In this document: positions 8,920 through 19,300 of the stretch, one piece after another
Numbering within the stretch: the stretch's first letter is position 1
How the letters are laid out: each line of letters begins with the position of its first letter
From: an uncultured virus (IMG/VR IMGVR_UViG_3300021958_000021)
Lineage: Duplodnaviria > Heunggongvirae > Uroviricota > Caudoviricetes
Length of the DNA stretch: 60,733 nucleotides
Virus record (IMG/VR): IMGVR_UViG_3300021958_000021
Span: 124,001 to 184,733 of that record
Strand: one strand, 5' to 3'
Translations under genes and position numbers: made by a program
Notes under the pieces: generated by a model
The model's database searches: none
Seen by the model: the letters and a program-made list of their open reading frames with translations, nothing else
Told to the model about the DNA's origin: nothing

Positions 8920-9821
8920 ATACAGACGAAAAATACGATGCAGTTATTACTGCTATGAGAGAATACACTTATCAATGGAATCACGAAAATTATGATGACC
9001 CATCAAAGCCAATTTTGAAGATTACTAAATCTTCTTTAGGAACATTTGATTGGTGTCCTAAAAAATATGACTTTTCATATAAACAAAGATTACCTCAAGA
9101 CCAAACAGAAGCCATGCTTAAGGGAACAATCTTACATAATATTAGAGAAGACTTCTTTAATGATTTTGATTTAAAGAAAGCAGAAAATTTATCAAGTGAC
9201 GAATTGTATGATTATTGTGTTGGGCTGATGCCTATTAATGATTATATGGATTTATCATTAACGATGGCGGCATTTGAAGCGCAAAGGTATATTGAAGCAA
9301 GAGCAGAAAACAAAACAGATGAGTTTTTGCCGGTATGTAATGAAGGAAAGTTTGATGCAGAAATAGTAATTCGTGCAGACACAAATCCTAAGTTTCCATT
9401 AACAAGGGATTATAGAATCCATATTCAAGGTATTATTGACCGTATCTTCCGAGAAGATGCGGGCTATATTCCCTTTGAGTTTAAAACAGGTGGCTGGAAA
9501 GATTATAAGAAAACTTCAATGAGAAAAGAGATGGCGTTTTATCAATTGCTTATTGAGAATGCTGAACCAGAAGTTCTAATTAAAAACGGACTTGACCCAG
9601 AAATAGGAGTATCGCATTGGGGCTGGTATTATCCTGCATCAAATTATGTTTATGCAGAAGAAGCAAAAACAAGAACCATGACTTCTGTTATGAATAATAT
9701 TGCTAAACTGATTTATTCGTATGAACAACAACATTTTCCTACGAAGTTTTTCTTTAAGACTTGTTCTCATTGTAGTTTCTTCGGTATTTGTGATGCGGCT
9801 CAAACTGATACTTGGGTGTGA
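8910..9821 (+). CDS. Cas4/AddB-like PD-(D/E)xK nuclease with Fe-S cysteines
   Basis: N-terminal WCPK, GTILH, GIIDRI, EFKTG, EMAFY, C-terminal CSHCSFFGIC. Confidence 0.85.
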   Translation: MVLNTDEKYDAVITAMREYTYQWNHENYDDPSKPILKITKSSLGTFDWCPKKYDFSYKQRLPQDQTEAMLKGTILHNIREDFFNDFDLKKAENLSSDELYDYCVGLMPINDYMDLSLTMAAFEAQRYIEARAENKTDEFLPVCNEGKFDAEIVIRADTNPKFPLTRDYRIHIQGIIDRIFREDAGYIPFEFKTGGWKDYKKTSMRKEMAFYQLLIENAEPEVLIKNGLDPEIGVSHWGWYYPASNYVYAEEAKTRTMTSVMNNIAKLIYSYEQQHFPTKFFFKTCSHCSFFGICDAAQTDTWV

Positions 9822-9825
9822 TTAA

Positions 9826-9963
9826 ATGCAAGATACTTTATTAGCGGTTGCTTCTGATGCAATTAAAATCATTAATACAATGGGAAGAAAAGATGTTGGG
9901 GATATTCTTCAAAAAAGAATTGAAGCCATCATGGGGTGGAATAATGAACAGAGATTTAATTAA
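9826..9963 (+). CDS. Small hypothetical protein (45 aa, not in ORF track)
   Basis: MQDTLLAVASDAIKIINTMGRKDVGDILQKRIEAIMGWNNEQRFN; GGTG RBS; fills the gap after the nuclease gene. Confidence 0.55.
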   Translation: MQDTLLAVASDAIKIINTMGRKDVGDILQKRIEAIMGWNNEQRFN

Positions 9964-10318
9964 GATAAAAGTTTTATCTAAGGCATGGACATTTGCTGAA
10001 ATTTCAAACCTCAAAGAAACCATTAACTATATCTGTGAAGAAGTTTATAATGAATCTACAATTACTGAACGATTTGAAATGGTTAGAGATTTGAAAATAA
10101 ACGATGTATTTATTGGGAAGACTTTTGAAGATGCGTTTAGAGAAGCAATTAAAATACAATTAAGTGGAGACATAGCGGGAGTTATAACCGAAATGTTAGG
10201 CGAAGCAACAATTAATTTTGGAGGAAATAAAAATGAAATATCCGAGAGAAGTGTGGGCGGGAAGTCACATTCCAAACGCCCCTCAAATGAAAAGAAAGAT
10301 AGTGTTCTCAAAGAATGA
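9944..10318 (+). CDS. Hypothetical protein
   Basis: Likely ATG at 9944 after GGGGTGG; overlaps the primase start. Confidence 0.55.
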   Translation: MNRDLIKIKVLSKAWTFAEISNLKETINYICEEVYNESTITERFEMVRDLKINDVFIGKTFEDAFREAIKIQLSGDIAGVITEMLGEATINFGGNKNEISERSVGGKSHSKRPSNEKKDSVLKE

Positions 10319-11294
10319 ATATGTTCAATTTGTTCGGGCGCAGAATAACCGAACAAATGTTTATACGACAGTTTATGATTTTGAGCAATTTACTGATAGC
10401 GCAAAAATAGAATCTTCTGTTATTTTAGACAGAATTTTCTTAGACTTTGATGGACATGAAGATGATTTGAAAATGGTATATAGAGATGTTAAATATGTTA
10501 TGGATTGGGTAAATATGAATGATTATCAACATACACTATTTTTTTCTGGTAGGGGATTCCATCTGTTTATTTTTGGAGAACCTACAAACAGCATTCGTTC
10601 TATACAGGCTTTCTTTAGATACATCAAGAACAATTTGACAAATACATTTGGGAAAAATACGCTTGATGATAGAGTCGGCCAAACCACAAGACTTAGAAGA
10701 GTTCCAAATACAGTAAATATGTCCTCAATGGATGAAAATGGTAATCCTTACTTTTGTGTTCCTTTGTTTTATAGCGACCTAAAAGAACCACTTCAAAGGA
10801 TTCTTTCCCTTGCTAAGAAACCAAGGCAAATCCCCTTTAAAATAAGCGGAAAAAGAAAGGCCACTTTCCCCGAAGCACCCCCTATTGAGAGCGTAGAGGG
10901 TGAAGTTTCTGTGCCTCGCCACGATGGAAAACTCCCAATATTGCCTTGTTTGCATAATGCGGTTATGTCGGAGAATCCTTCCCATATGGCTAGAGCATAC
11001 CTCGTTTCTTGGTATAGAGACATTTTGTCACAAAGGCAACCACTATTGGCTCTTGAAGATAAGCAGTATGTTTTAGATAGAACGGTTGAAGAAATCAAAA
11101 CTGTTTTTGGAGAAAAAGAAGAAGTGTGGCTAGATTGGGATGAAGCCACTACAAGAAAACATGCTAAATTTACAGTTTTCAATAACTATAAAACACCTAA
11201 CTGTAAAACAAAATTAATCCCAGAAGGGTATTGCATTGGAAAATGCTGGAGATACCCAGACTATTTAGATGGTGAAAAAAATGTTAATAATTGA
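10233..11294 (+). CDS. Archaeo-eukaryotic primase: PriS catalytic domain fused to a PriL-like Fe-S domain
   Basis: FLDFD, FSGRGFH, RLRRVPNT; C-terminal LPCL...SHMAR...PNC...YCIGKC; GGAGG RBS before ATG 10233. Confidence 0.88.
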   Translation: MKYPREVWAGSHIPNAPQMKRKIVFSKNEYVQFVRAQNNRTNVYTTVYDFEQFTDSAKIESSVILDRIFLDFDGHEDDLKMVYRDVKYVMDWVNMNDYQHTLFFSGRGFHLFIFGEPTNSIRSIQAFFRYIKNNLTNTFGKNTLDDRVGQTTRLRRVPNTVNMSSMDENGNPYFCVPLFYSDLKEPLQRILSLAKKPRQIPFKISGKRKATFPEAPPIESVEGEVSVPRHDGKLPILPCLHNAVMSENPSHMARAYLVSWYRDILSQRQPLLALEDKQYVLDRTVEEIKTVFGEKEEVWLDWDEATTRKHAKFTVFNNYKTPNCKTKLIPEGYCIGKCWRYPDYLDGEKNVNN

Positions 11295-11976
11295 TAGTAG
11301 AGAAAAAGAAGGGTCTAAATTAGTTAGACTTGTTGAAACAAAAGCAAGAGGATTAAATATTCCTTTTGAAAAGAAATGGATTGAGATTGGAGATTATGTT
11401 TATGACGACCTTTGCTTTGAAGCAAAATCCGCTACGGATTTTTTGTCATCGGTCATGTCTAAGCGTATTTGGACTCAATTAGATAATATGGATAGACATT
11501 ATAAAACAAATATTGTTATTATTTATGGTAGTGTAGAAGAAGCAATTTTTAATGCTAAGAGATATAGCAAATCTAATATTCCCGAACCTGCTAGAAGCAT
11601 AATGTTAAACAATAAGTTTTTTGCGGCTATTGGAAGAATTGCATTAGACACAGATATAAAGCCGTTTTGGGTAAATAGTGAAGAGGAAGCCTCTTCTATT
11701 ATTACTGCAATCTGCAAAATGAAACCGATTCAAAGAGACACTATTCGGCCTGAAATTTTTAAAAGAATTACTACCGATGATTTAAGGTTAGACATGCTAA
11801 CTTGTATTAAAGGAGTATCAATTAAGAAAGCAAAGGCTCTGTTGAAACAATTTGGTTCAATTATGGAAATCGGAGAATGTTCCGAATTTGAATTGCAGGT
11901 TGTTGATGGTATTGGCGAAACCATAGCAAAAAGAATCTTAGCCACTTTAAGTTCCGAGAGGAAGGTGAAAATATGA
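11281..11976 (+). CDS. ERCC4/XPF (Hef-like) structure-specific nuclease with HhH motifs
   Basis: IIDSRE, GDY, EAKS..DF..S; C-terminal IKGVS and VDGIG HhH motifs. Confidence 0.9.
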   Translation: MLIIDSREKEGSKLVRLVETKARGLNIPFEKKWIEIGDYVYDDLCFEAKSATDFLSSVMSKRIWTQLDNMDRHYKTNIVIIYGSVEEAIFNAKRYSKSNIPEPARSIMLNNKFFAAIGRIALDTDIKPFWVNSEEEASSIITAICKMKPIQRDTIRPEIFKRITTDDLRLDMLTCIKGVSIKKAKALLKQFGSIMEIGECSEFELQVVDGIGETIAKRILATLSSERKVKI

Positions 11977-13460
11977 ATGAAGAATTTGATGAAGAAGAAT
12001 ACATGTCTGAATATTCGGAAAATGTTGAGAAGGCTACTGATATTTTACCTTCTATTGTTAGTGGGTTTATTAAAGACGCTTGCGAAGTTTCTCACATGAA
12101 TGAAATTCCTGCGGCCTTATCCTTTTTTACTATTCTAGGCCAAGTAGCAAAAGACTTTGTTTTTATTCCTAATGGTAAAAATATTGAAGATTCTAGAATA
12201 CATTTCTTGCAAATTCAAACTTCCGGAACAGGAAAATCTACTCTTTACAATTTTACTGGGCCAGTAGCAAAAAGAACATTTGAGGGTATTGATGCTAAAG
12301 GAGTCCACCCTACTAATATGCCTCTTGGAGAAATTACTGGAGAATTTGAAGGTGCTAAAAAGTTTGATGTGATGTCTGTTGTTGATTATACAGATGCAGG
12401 TCTTTTGTCGGGTATGGCGGAAGTTGAAGTAGTAGAAGACGATGGAGAAAATATACAAAGAAGAAGAGAAACACAAAGAGTCGCCGGTATTCTTGAAGGA
12501 AGCGGTTTAGCCCATTGGGACGAATTTGAATACTCTGGGGTATTTTCTACTTCGGAACACAAAAAGAATGCTATCGTTTATTTGAATACTTTCATGAATA
12601 CTCTTGCTGGTGAAAACTGGAAAATCAGTAAAAAACTAAAGGATGGAAATATTGAATATACTTTATGCGAAAGGTCAGTTTTGGCTATGACTTATCCGCC
12701 AAAGAAACTTGAAGAAGTTATGACGCATAAGGGTGTTTTACAAAGAATGATTGTATATGTCTGGGATGTTCCTGAATTTATTCAAGATAAGATGCGTCGT
12801 TCTCAAATCTTAAAGGCAGGAAAGATTGAAGAAATTAACCAGCCAATTGATAAATATGTAAAGGCTATGCTTAAACTATATGATGATTTGTATGAAAGGT
12901 ATCAAGAGGTTGGTAGAAACCCACTTCAAACAATTCAGTTTGCAGATGATTTCACCGATGCTTATATGTTTAGATATGAACAAATGCAAGCATTCATTGA
13001 AAGAGAAAAGCCCCAAGTTAGAGAAATTGCGAGCAATTTTACTACCCGTTTACTTAAAATGCTTTTAAAATTGTCTGTTCTTAATTGTATTGCTGAAAGC
13101 CCTCAATACGAGAAAGACGAAGATAAATTCATTGTTAATAGTCGGCATGTCTCCCAAGCGGCCTTTCTCATCCAAAACTGTTATAGCAGACTTACGATGT
13201 GGTTAGGTTCAGCCCTGCGGCTCCGCCGTGATGAGGCCTTAGTTAATTCCAAAAAGCCTCGTTTGTTGCTCGTTTATGCAGAAATGAAAGAAAAAGACGA
13301 AGAGGGTTGGGTCAGCAAAAAACTATTTTTGGACACATATATCAAAAAAGAAAAAGTATCACAAGTCCAAGCATATCGTGACTACAAAAAATATCCAGAC
13401 CTTTTTGAAGAAGATAAAGTTGGGCGTTCAGTATTTATTAGAGTAATAGGAGAGGAATAA
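11973..13460 (+). CDS. MCM-like AAA+ helicase (divergent)
   Basis: Walker A TSGTGKS, TDAGL, GILEGSGLAHWDEFE (Walker B), VLQRM arginine finger, TTRLL sensor-2-like motif. Confidence 0.75.
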   Translation: MNEEFDEEEYMSEYSENVEKATDILPSIVSGFIKDACEVSHMNEIPAALSFFTILGQVAKDFVFIPNGKNIEDSRIHFLQIQTSGTGKSTLYNFTGPVAKRTFEGIDAKGVHPTNMPLGEITGEFEGAKKFDVMSVVDYTDAGLLSGMAEVEVVEDDGENIQRRRETQRVAGILEGSGLAHWDEFEYSGVFSTSEHKKNAIVYLNTFMNTLAGENWKISKKLKDGNIEYTLCERSVLAMTYPPKKLEEVMTHKGVLQRMIVYVWDVPEFIQDKMRRSQILKAGKIEEINQPIDKYVKAMLKLYDDLYERYQEVGRNPLQTIQFADDFTDAYMFRYEQMQAFIEREKPQVREIASNFTTRLLKMLLKLSVLNCIAESPQYEKDEDKFIVNSRHVSQAAFLIQNCYSRLTMWLGSALRLRRDEALVNSKKPRLLLVYAEMKEKDEEGWVSKKLFLDTYIKKEKVSQVQAYRDYKKYPDLFEEDKVGRSVFIRVIGEE

Positions 13461-13461
13461 A

Positions 13462-13680
13462 ATGAAGTGGGAAAACACGAAAGTGGTATTTGATGTATCT
13501 AAAGGGCCAAATGTGATTATTGAAACTTTAAATAGTCATGGGGAAGATGGTTGGGAATTGTGTTCTATGTTAAATGTAGCAGGAACAAAAATTGTAGCCT
13601 TCTTAAAACGCCGTATTGATGCAGAAGAACCTGTGAGCAAAGAAGAAGAAAAACTTAGTAAGTTGTGGGCTGGTGAATAA
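13462..13680 (+). CDS. DUF4177-like small protein
   Basis: MKWE...LNSHGEDGWEL...FLKR signature. Confidence 0.75.
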   Translation: MKWENTKVVFDVSKGPNVIIETLNSHGEDGWELCSMLNVAGTKIVAFLKRRIDAEEPVSKEEEKLSKLWAGE

Positions 13681-14273
13681 TGTCAATTTTGGCCTTAGAC
13701 ATTGAGACAAAAAACATGTCTCATGAAATTGGAGGCTTTGGTAATACCCATATGTTTCAAGTTTCAACGGTGGCTACATGGGATGGCTCAAATGGAACAA
13801 TTTATGCAGATGTCCCTGCTGATTCATTGTCAAAGTCTGAATATATAGTTAAGCCATTGTCTGAATTAAAATATGATTTAGATGAGCATTTGACAAAAGG
13901 AGGAAGCATTTTGGGGCATAATATTGCCGTGTTTGATTTAGCAATTTTAAGAGATTCAATGGACATTCATTGTATTAATAAATGTATTTCAAACAAGCAA
14001 TATATTGATACAAGCAAAGACTTGCTTTCTTTACATGGTGAAAGAATCCCATTGAATAATTTGGTGAAATGTTCTTTAGGAGATACTAAACTGATGAATA
14101 GCGCAGATGCTCCTAAATTATGGAAAGCAGGTCGCTATGAGGAAGTAGTTGAATATTGTATGAAAGATACTAAACTCGTTTATGACCTGTGGAAATACGG
14201 TCAAAAAAATGGTATTGTAAAAGCGTTCTCTATTGAAAAAGAGGAATTTGTGGAATTGGAGGTTGATTGGTAA
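13680..14273 (+). CDS. DnaQ/RNase H-like 3'-5' exonuclease (YprB-like)
   Basis: LDIET, GHNIAVFD and YCMKD DEDD-type motifs. Confidence 0.85.
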   Translation: MSILALDIETKNMSHEIGGFGNTHMFQVSTVATWDGSNGTIYADVPADSLSKSEYIVKPLSELKYDLDEHLTKGGSILGHNIAVFDLAILRDSMDIHCINKCISNKQYIDTSKDLLSLHGERIPLNNLVKCSLGDTKLMNSADAPKLWKAGRYEEVVEYCMKDTKLVYDLWKYGQKNGIVKAFSIEKEEFVELEVDW

Positions 14274-14428
14274 TGTCTACTTGGGAATGGTTTGGATTGT
14301 TTGTATTCTTAGTTGTTTTAACTTTGTTGTTTTTTGCTGCATTTGGCGGGTCTAATTTAGACGGACAAAACATTGAAGAATACATGGACAATCTTTTAAA
14401 TGATAAGAAAAAGGAAGGAAATAAGTAA
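14273..14428 (+). CDS. Small single-pass membrane protein (51 aa, not in ORF track)
   Basis: MSTWEWFGLFVFLVVLTLLFFAAFGG...; TAATG coupling at both ends. Confidence 0.75.
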   Translation: MSTWEWFGLFVFLVVLTLLFFAAFGGSNLDGQNIEEYMDNLLNDKKKEGNK

Positions 14429-14583
14429 TGTCCTTGAAGCAGACCTGCAAATATTGTAAGGTTGCTACTTTAGCCGTTAGGCTACATGGGTTTTATATTG
14501 GTTCAACCGAACAGGTTAAATTGTGGGAATGCAGGAATTGTTGCGGCATTTGGTCTAATAAGACCAGCGAAGGGTTATCTTAA
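14428..14583 (+). CDS. Small zinc-ribbon protein (51 aa, not in ORF track), TFS/TFIIS-C-like spacing
   Basis: MSLKQTCKYC-x24-CRNCCGIWSNKTSEGLS; TAATG coupled to the previous gene. Confidence 0.7.
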   Translation: MSLKQTCKYCKVATLAVRLHGFYIGSTEQVKLWECRNCCGIWSNKTSEGLS

Positions 14584-14621
14584 TTGATAGCCCTTCGCTC
14601 CCCTTTTTTGGTTTTTATTTT
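14566..14621 (+). terminator. 14-bp hairpin plus T-tracts at the convergence of the two transcription blocks
   Basis: AGCGAAGGGTTATC (14566-14579), loop TTAATT, GATAGCCCTTCGCT (14586-14599), then CCCCTTTTTTGGTTTTTATTTT. Confidence 0.75.
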
Positions 14622-14694
14622 CACCAAAATTGAAGATTTATTAGCCGCTATTTTTTTAGTTCAGGCTTTCCTTAATTCTTCTCAACAGATGCTC

Positions 14695-16047
14695 TCACAA
14701 TTTATAAGCCATCCATTCTGTCCCGCTTAAACAAATAACTTCCCAAATATCGCCAGCCGCTCCTGTTGGAGTAGTTTGTGATAAAATTTCATAGGGAGTA
14801 ATTACTGGAGTTCTAGTAACATCATACAATTGGTCGCCACTTTGAACATCAATTGTTAAACTACCTGTTCCAGTAACAGGAAGAATTAATCTGTAAATTT
14901 GTCCTTGTCTGGTTAAAGAAGCAGAAGGTAAATTTAAAGTTAAGTTATTTCCTATGGGGTCTAATGAAGCAAGAATAATATAATCTTCATCTGTAATATC
15001 ATAAGTATTAAATGGAGGTGGGGCGGCCACTTGTTCAACTAAATTCACAACTAAGCCTTTTGTTTTAGAAACACCGGCAACATGGAGTTCTGCATCAGGA
15101 GCCGCTACATTAATTCCTACTCCATCTTGACTTCCATCAACAACCAACATATTTACATTATTATTTGATTCTACTCTAAAATCAACGCTAGCCCCTGCTT
15201 CGTTAAAAACTACCCCGTTAGCAACAGTTAATGCCCCTGTTAAATCTAATGTTGATTCTCCTTCAACTGCTGATATTGCTCTAGCAGTAGTATGATATAA
15301 ATTAGTTGAACCTTCGCTTAAATCGTCAGTATCTTGCGTAGCGAGCCTAGTATCAAAGTCTGTATTAAATGAAGTATATGCTGATAAATCTGCAATACTT
15401 TGCGGAGTAGCAGTTTTTAAAGTATTATTTGTTGCATCCTTAATATATATTCTATCGTTTGTTCCGTCTAAAGTAACATCCGTTGGCCCAGTAATTAAAA
15501 TACCGTTAGCATCACCAGTAATGCTACCCATTTCAGTATAAACTCCAGAAACATCTCTAGCCACACTTAAAGAGTTTTTTGTTTTAGAAGATGTCAAAAA
15601 TTGAATTTTTCTTGAACCCCATGCGGTATCGTCTGCAATTTCAAGCATAGCAATAATTGTATCGCCATTAGAATGATTTGCTACTCTATTTGCGGCAGTT
15701 GGGATTCTTAAAGAAACGGTTCCCGAAGAATCAATGACAATAAGATAATATGCTTTGCTTGTCGTAAATGTAAAATCCGCAATATTGAATGTAGCGGAAC
15801 CGCTTGTGGTTTTCAATTCGCCATTATCTAAATAACTTCCTACTGCAACAGTAACAACGGGATTGCTTCCAGATTGTGTAATATCAAAATCGTTAGTGTT
15901 ATTTTTAACTACAAAACAACCTGATGCGCTTTGCATTAATGCCTTAAATAATCCGGTATGTGGATAATCTACGCTATCTTGAATATGGGTCATAGTTGCC
16001 CCAGTATTAAGTTCTGAAATATAGTGCGGGTTTAATTCAGCCATCAT
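14695..16047 (-). CDS. Probable tail fibre / receptor-binding protein
   Basis: T/S/G/D-rich with TDDLSEGSTNLYHT and DFRVES..N.NML.VDG fibre-type motifs; last gene of the tail operon. Confidence 0.7.
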   Translation of the reverse strand: MMAELNPHYISELNTGATMTHIQDSVDYPHTGLFKALMQSASGCFVVKNNTNDFDITQSGSNPVVTVAVGSYLDNGELKTTSGSATFNIADFTFTTSKAYYLIVIDSSGTVSLRIPTAANRVANHSNGDTIIAMLEIADDTAWGSRKIQFLTSSKTKNSLSVARDVSGVYTEMGSITGDANGILITGPTDVTLDGTNDRIYIKDATNNTLKTATPQSIADLSAYTSFNTDFDTRLATQDTDDLSEGSTNLYHTTARAISAVEGESTLDLTGALTVANGVVFNEAGASVDFRVESNNNVNMLVVDGSQDGVGINVAAPDAELHVAGVSKTKGLVVNLVEQVAAPPPFNTYDITDEDYIILASLDPIGNNLTLNLPSASLTRQGQIYRLILPVTGTGSLTIDVQSGDQLYDVTRTPVITPYEILSQTTPTGAAGDIWEVICLSGTEWMAYKL

Positions 16048-16382
16048 TCCACCTCAATAATCATTATAATCTCTAAGGTTTCCGTTGAAGAAAATGGGCC
16101 TACTCCATCAAAATTGACTCTAGATAATAGATTTGAAGATGAGTCAAAAATACCTGCTTCTCTAATTGTCATTCCTGTAATGTCGCCACCAGCAACAGAA
16201 ATTTTAACTTCCATAACATTTTCATCTGTTGAAACTTTAGTAATTGTAGATGTAGCCCCGCTAGGGACATCTAAAGTGTCAGCATTAGGTGAAGAAGAGT
16301 TTCCACCTAAACCCACCTGTCCCGTATCAATAAGGGTAACTATTTGGTTTGTTAGCAATTCTTTTAACTTGTCAGTAATCAA
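16044..16382 (-). CDS. Small tail-tip/baseplate-associated protein
   Basis: TIREAGIFDSSSNLLSR resembles tail-fibre-collar/baseplate domains. Confidence 0.6.
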   Translation of the reverse strand: MITDKLKELLTNQIVTLIDTGQVGLGGNSSSPNADTLDVPSGATSTITKVSTDENVMEVKISVAGGDITGMTIREAGIFDSSSNLLSRVNFDGVGPFSSTETLEIIMIIEVE

Positions 16383-19300
16383 TATTCTTCCTCCAATAAA
16401 TCTGTTAAAGTGATTGCCGCCCCTGTCCCAAATCCAAGTGTAAAGGTTCCCGTATTTAATGGTGTTGAAAAGCCCAAAGTATAGCCGCCCGTTGCCGTTC
16501 TTTTCCTAACTAGTAACTTGCGAATATTAATCTTAATATCTTCTAAGAAATAGTATTGGTCTTCATTTGTGTCTAAATTCTCAGAACGATTATCTTTTTC
16601 ATTTTTTCTAGTAGATGAAACCAATTCGGCTAAAGTGTCCTCTAATAATTTACTATATTTGCCTAATTGTAATTTAATAAGTCCTGTCAATTGATGTTCC
16701 ATTTGTAATACTAAGAAAGTAGATAGTTGGATATTTTCTTGTGCAATTTCAACATTGACAATATCTCCTACTTGAAGGGTTGAAATATTTTCATGGTTCA
16801 CAAGCAGTTCAATTTTGAAATTATTTTTGTTGTATAAAGCAAATAATTCTCTGGCTTTTGCAATCACTTCACTTTCAGTAGTAAGTGCTTTATCTGAAAA
16901 CTCTAATGATTTTCTTCCTACCTTTCTAATGCTTTTAAGGCCTTTTCTTATAGATTTATGGATATTTCCGTAGACCGCAATATCATTATAGAAATTAAAG
17001 ATAGAAGAAGATTTCTCAAATCCAAACACCTTAACATTTGATTTGTCCCCAATAGTAATATTAGAAGAGTATAAGTCATCGGACTGATTATCCTTTAATG
17101 CATAAGATTCTCCACTTATAAAAATAGTTTTATTTATTTTCTTTAAAACTGTATTGATAGCGGAAAACAAATCAATGCTTTTAAAATTAGGTGCTAAGTA
17201 ATAAGAAGTGCTTCCGTCTGTTTCATATTGTAGGTTCTCACTTTCCAATAAATTATTTACAATATCTTGGGCTTCATATCCAATTTGAACGCCTGTTCCA
17301 ATCATTGTTCTTTTATGTTCTGAAGTAATATCGCCATTAACGACCAAATCAATTGTTTCAGAAACAGAAACAATTCCTAAACTTTCTTTTATTTCGCCAA
17401 AAGACAAATAATGTCCAATTGCATCACTATTTGTTAAATATTCAACAGAAGTAATATAAGAGTTTTCTCCGTCACTAATTCCCATTTCTAACTTAGTATT
17501 TCCAATTAATGAGTCAAGACTTGTGTAGTCTTTAACATAAATTGTGTTTTCCAAATCTGGCTGATTATCAGTATCTAACAAAACATACATTGAGAGGACT
17601 CCCTCGTTATTACCGTCATCGCTGTGATTTCCTTTAGTATTTCTATATTGGTAAGCATTTATGGACTCATACATTTTATCTTCATTTCCCATCTTAGTAT
17701 ATCTAGAAGAAAGAGTATTTAGTTGAATTTCCTTTGGAGAATAAGAATAAAAGCAAGTGTGATTTGGTTGCATAATTCTACAAGTTTTTCCGTTCATATT
17801 TGTATCTAAAGTTAAAATGTGATAATGTGCAGAATTAGTATGGTCTAACTCATGGGAAATCACATAAGCCATGTCCGTGACAGTTAATTCATTCATTGAT
17901 TCACCAATAGCAGAATTTTGTATAGTCCCATCTCCATCATAGTATTTCCCCTCTGCGCTCACTAAATAAGTCCCAGTTAAATCTACAAAATTTAAAAATG
18001 TATTTTCACCATTTGCTTGAATAGAATAATGATAAACGCTTCTATTTCCGCTAGCCTTATTGGAGGTTGGTGAAGGTAATGTTATTTGTGGTTTAAAGCC
18101 CATAAATGTTCCATCTGCTGTGGTAGCACTAGAACCTCCGCTTTTATTTCGGCTTTCATTTTCGCCAAAATTACCATCGGTTTTAATGAAAATTAATCCT
18201 ATATCGTTTTGACCGCCCCCAGTATCTTCACTAAAAGACATTCCTGTAATTTTACTACTTACCATACCTTTATCAACTAAATCTGTCCCCTCTTCAATAG
18301 TATATCGGTCAAAGAAAACTGCTTTAAATCCTGTTAAGGCTAAGTCTTCATTAGCAAATGCTGATGCTAAATTATGGTCGTTAATGCTTTCAACAAACAT
18401 ATTTACTACTTCACTTGAATACCTAGTATTGCTATTTCCTCTTGAGTTAACTCCTAAATCTACAGGTAAAAATAAATTTGGTTTTCTTGCAGTAGCGGCT
18501 CCATTACTTAATGTTGCGCTATAATATGAATCCCATGCAGAAGAAGCCGCCCCACCATATTCCCCACTACCAACAGTATTTACTGCAAATGATTTTAGCA
18601 TATGGATTTCACCATTTAATATAACTGTATCTTCTTCACCATGTCCTTTAATTTGGTCTGAATCTCTTTGAGTAGCGGGGGTCATTTTTAAATGTGGAGT
18701 TTGAGCCAATTGGTTTCCATCGGTGTGAATTACCCCATCTAAATTTAGTGTGTCATTTGTAATAGTGGTGGTGGTTACTCCTAATGCACTCACTTCTCCA
18801 ATTTTTCGGCCATAGTCATCAAAAATAATATCTAGGTGTGAGGCAGAAATAGCAGTATCATATTGTATAGTGGTTGCCGAAGAAGCAATAACATTGGCTG
18901 AACCAGAGGCCAAAGTAGAAACTCTATAATCAGATTTTGAAAACTTTTTAAGGTTTCTGTCTTTGGAAACAATATTCTCTGGGTCAAACTGATTAAAATG
19001 CCAATCATAAACTACTTCGGTTAACCGAAAAATTCCAAACCGCTTAAGACTTGAAATAGTTTTATTTGCAGAAATAATAGAAGCAGAAATGTAAGACTCA
19101 TCTGTTGAATTAATAGTTTCTGATTGTCCTAAAATTAAGTCTTTTGCGTCTGCTCTCCCCGCATTTTGTGGAGATTTGAGTGCAAATAAAGAATAATTTT
19201 CAATTGTTTTAGAATAGGGAGCCGCCGCCAGAAGGCTATCATATCTTTCAGAACTATACGGAAGTAAGTCACAAGTAGAAAAAATAAACATTCTGGCTAT

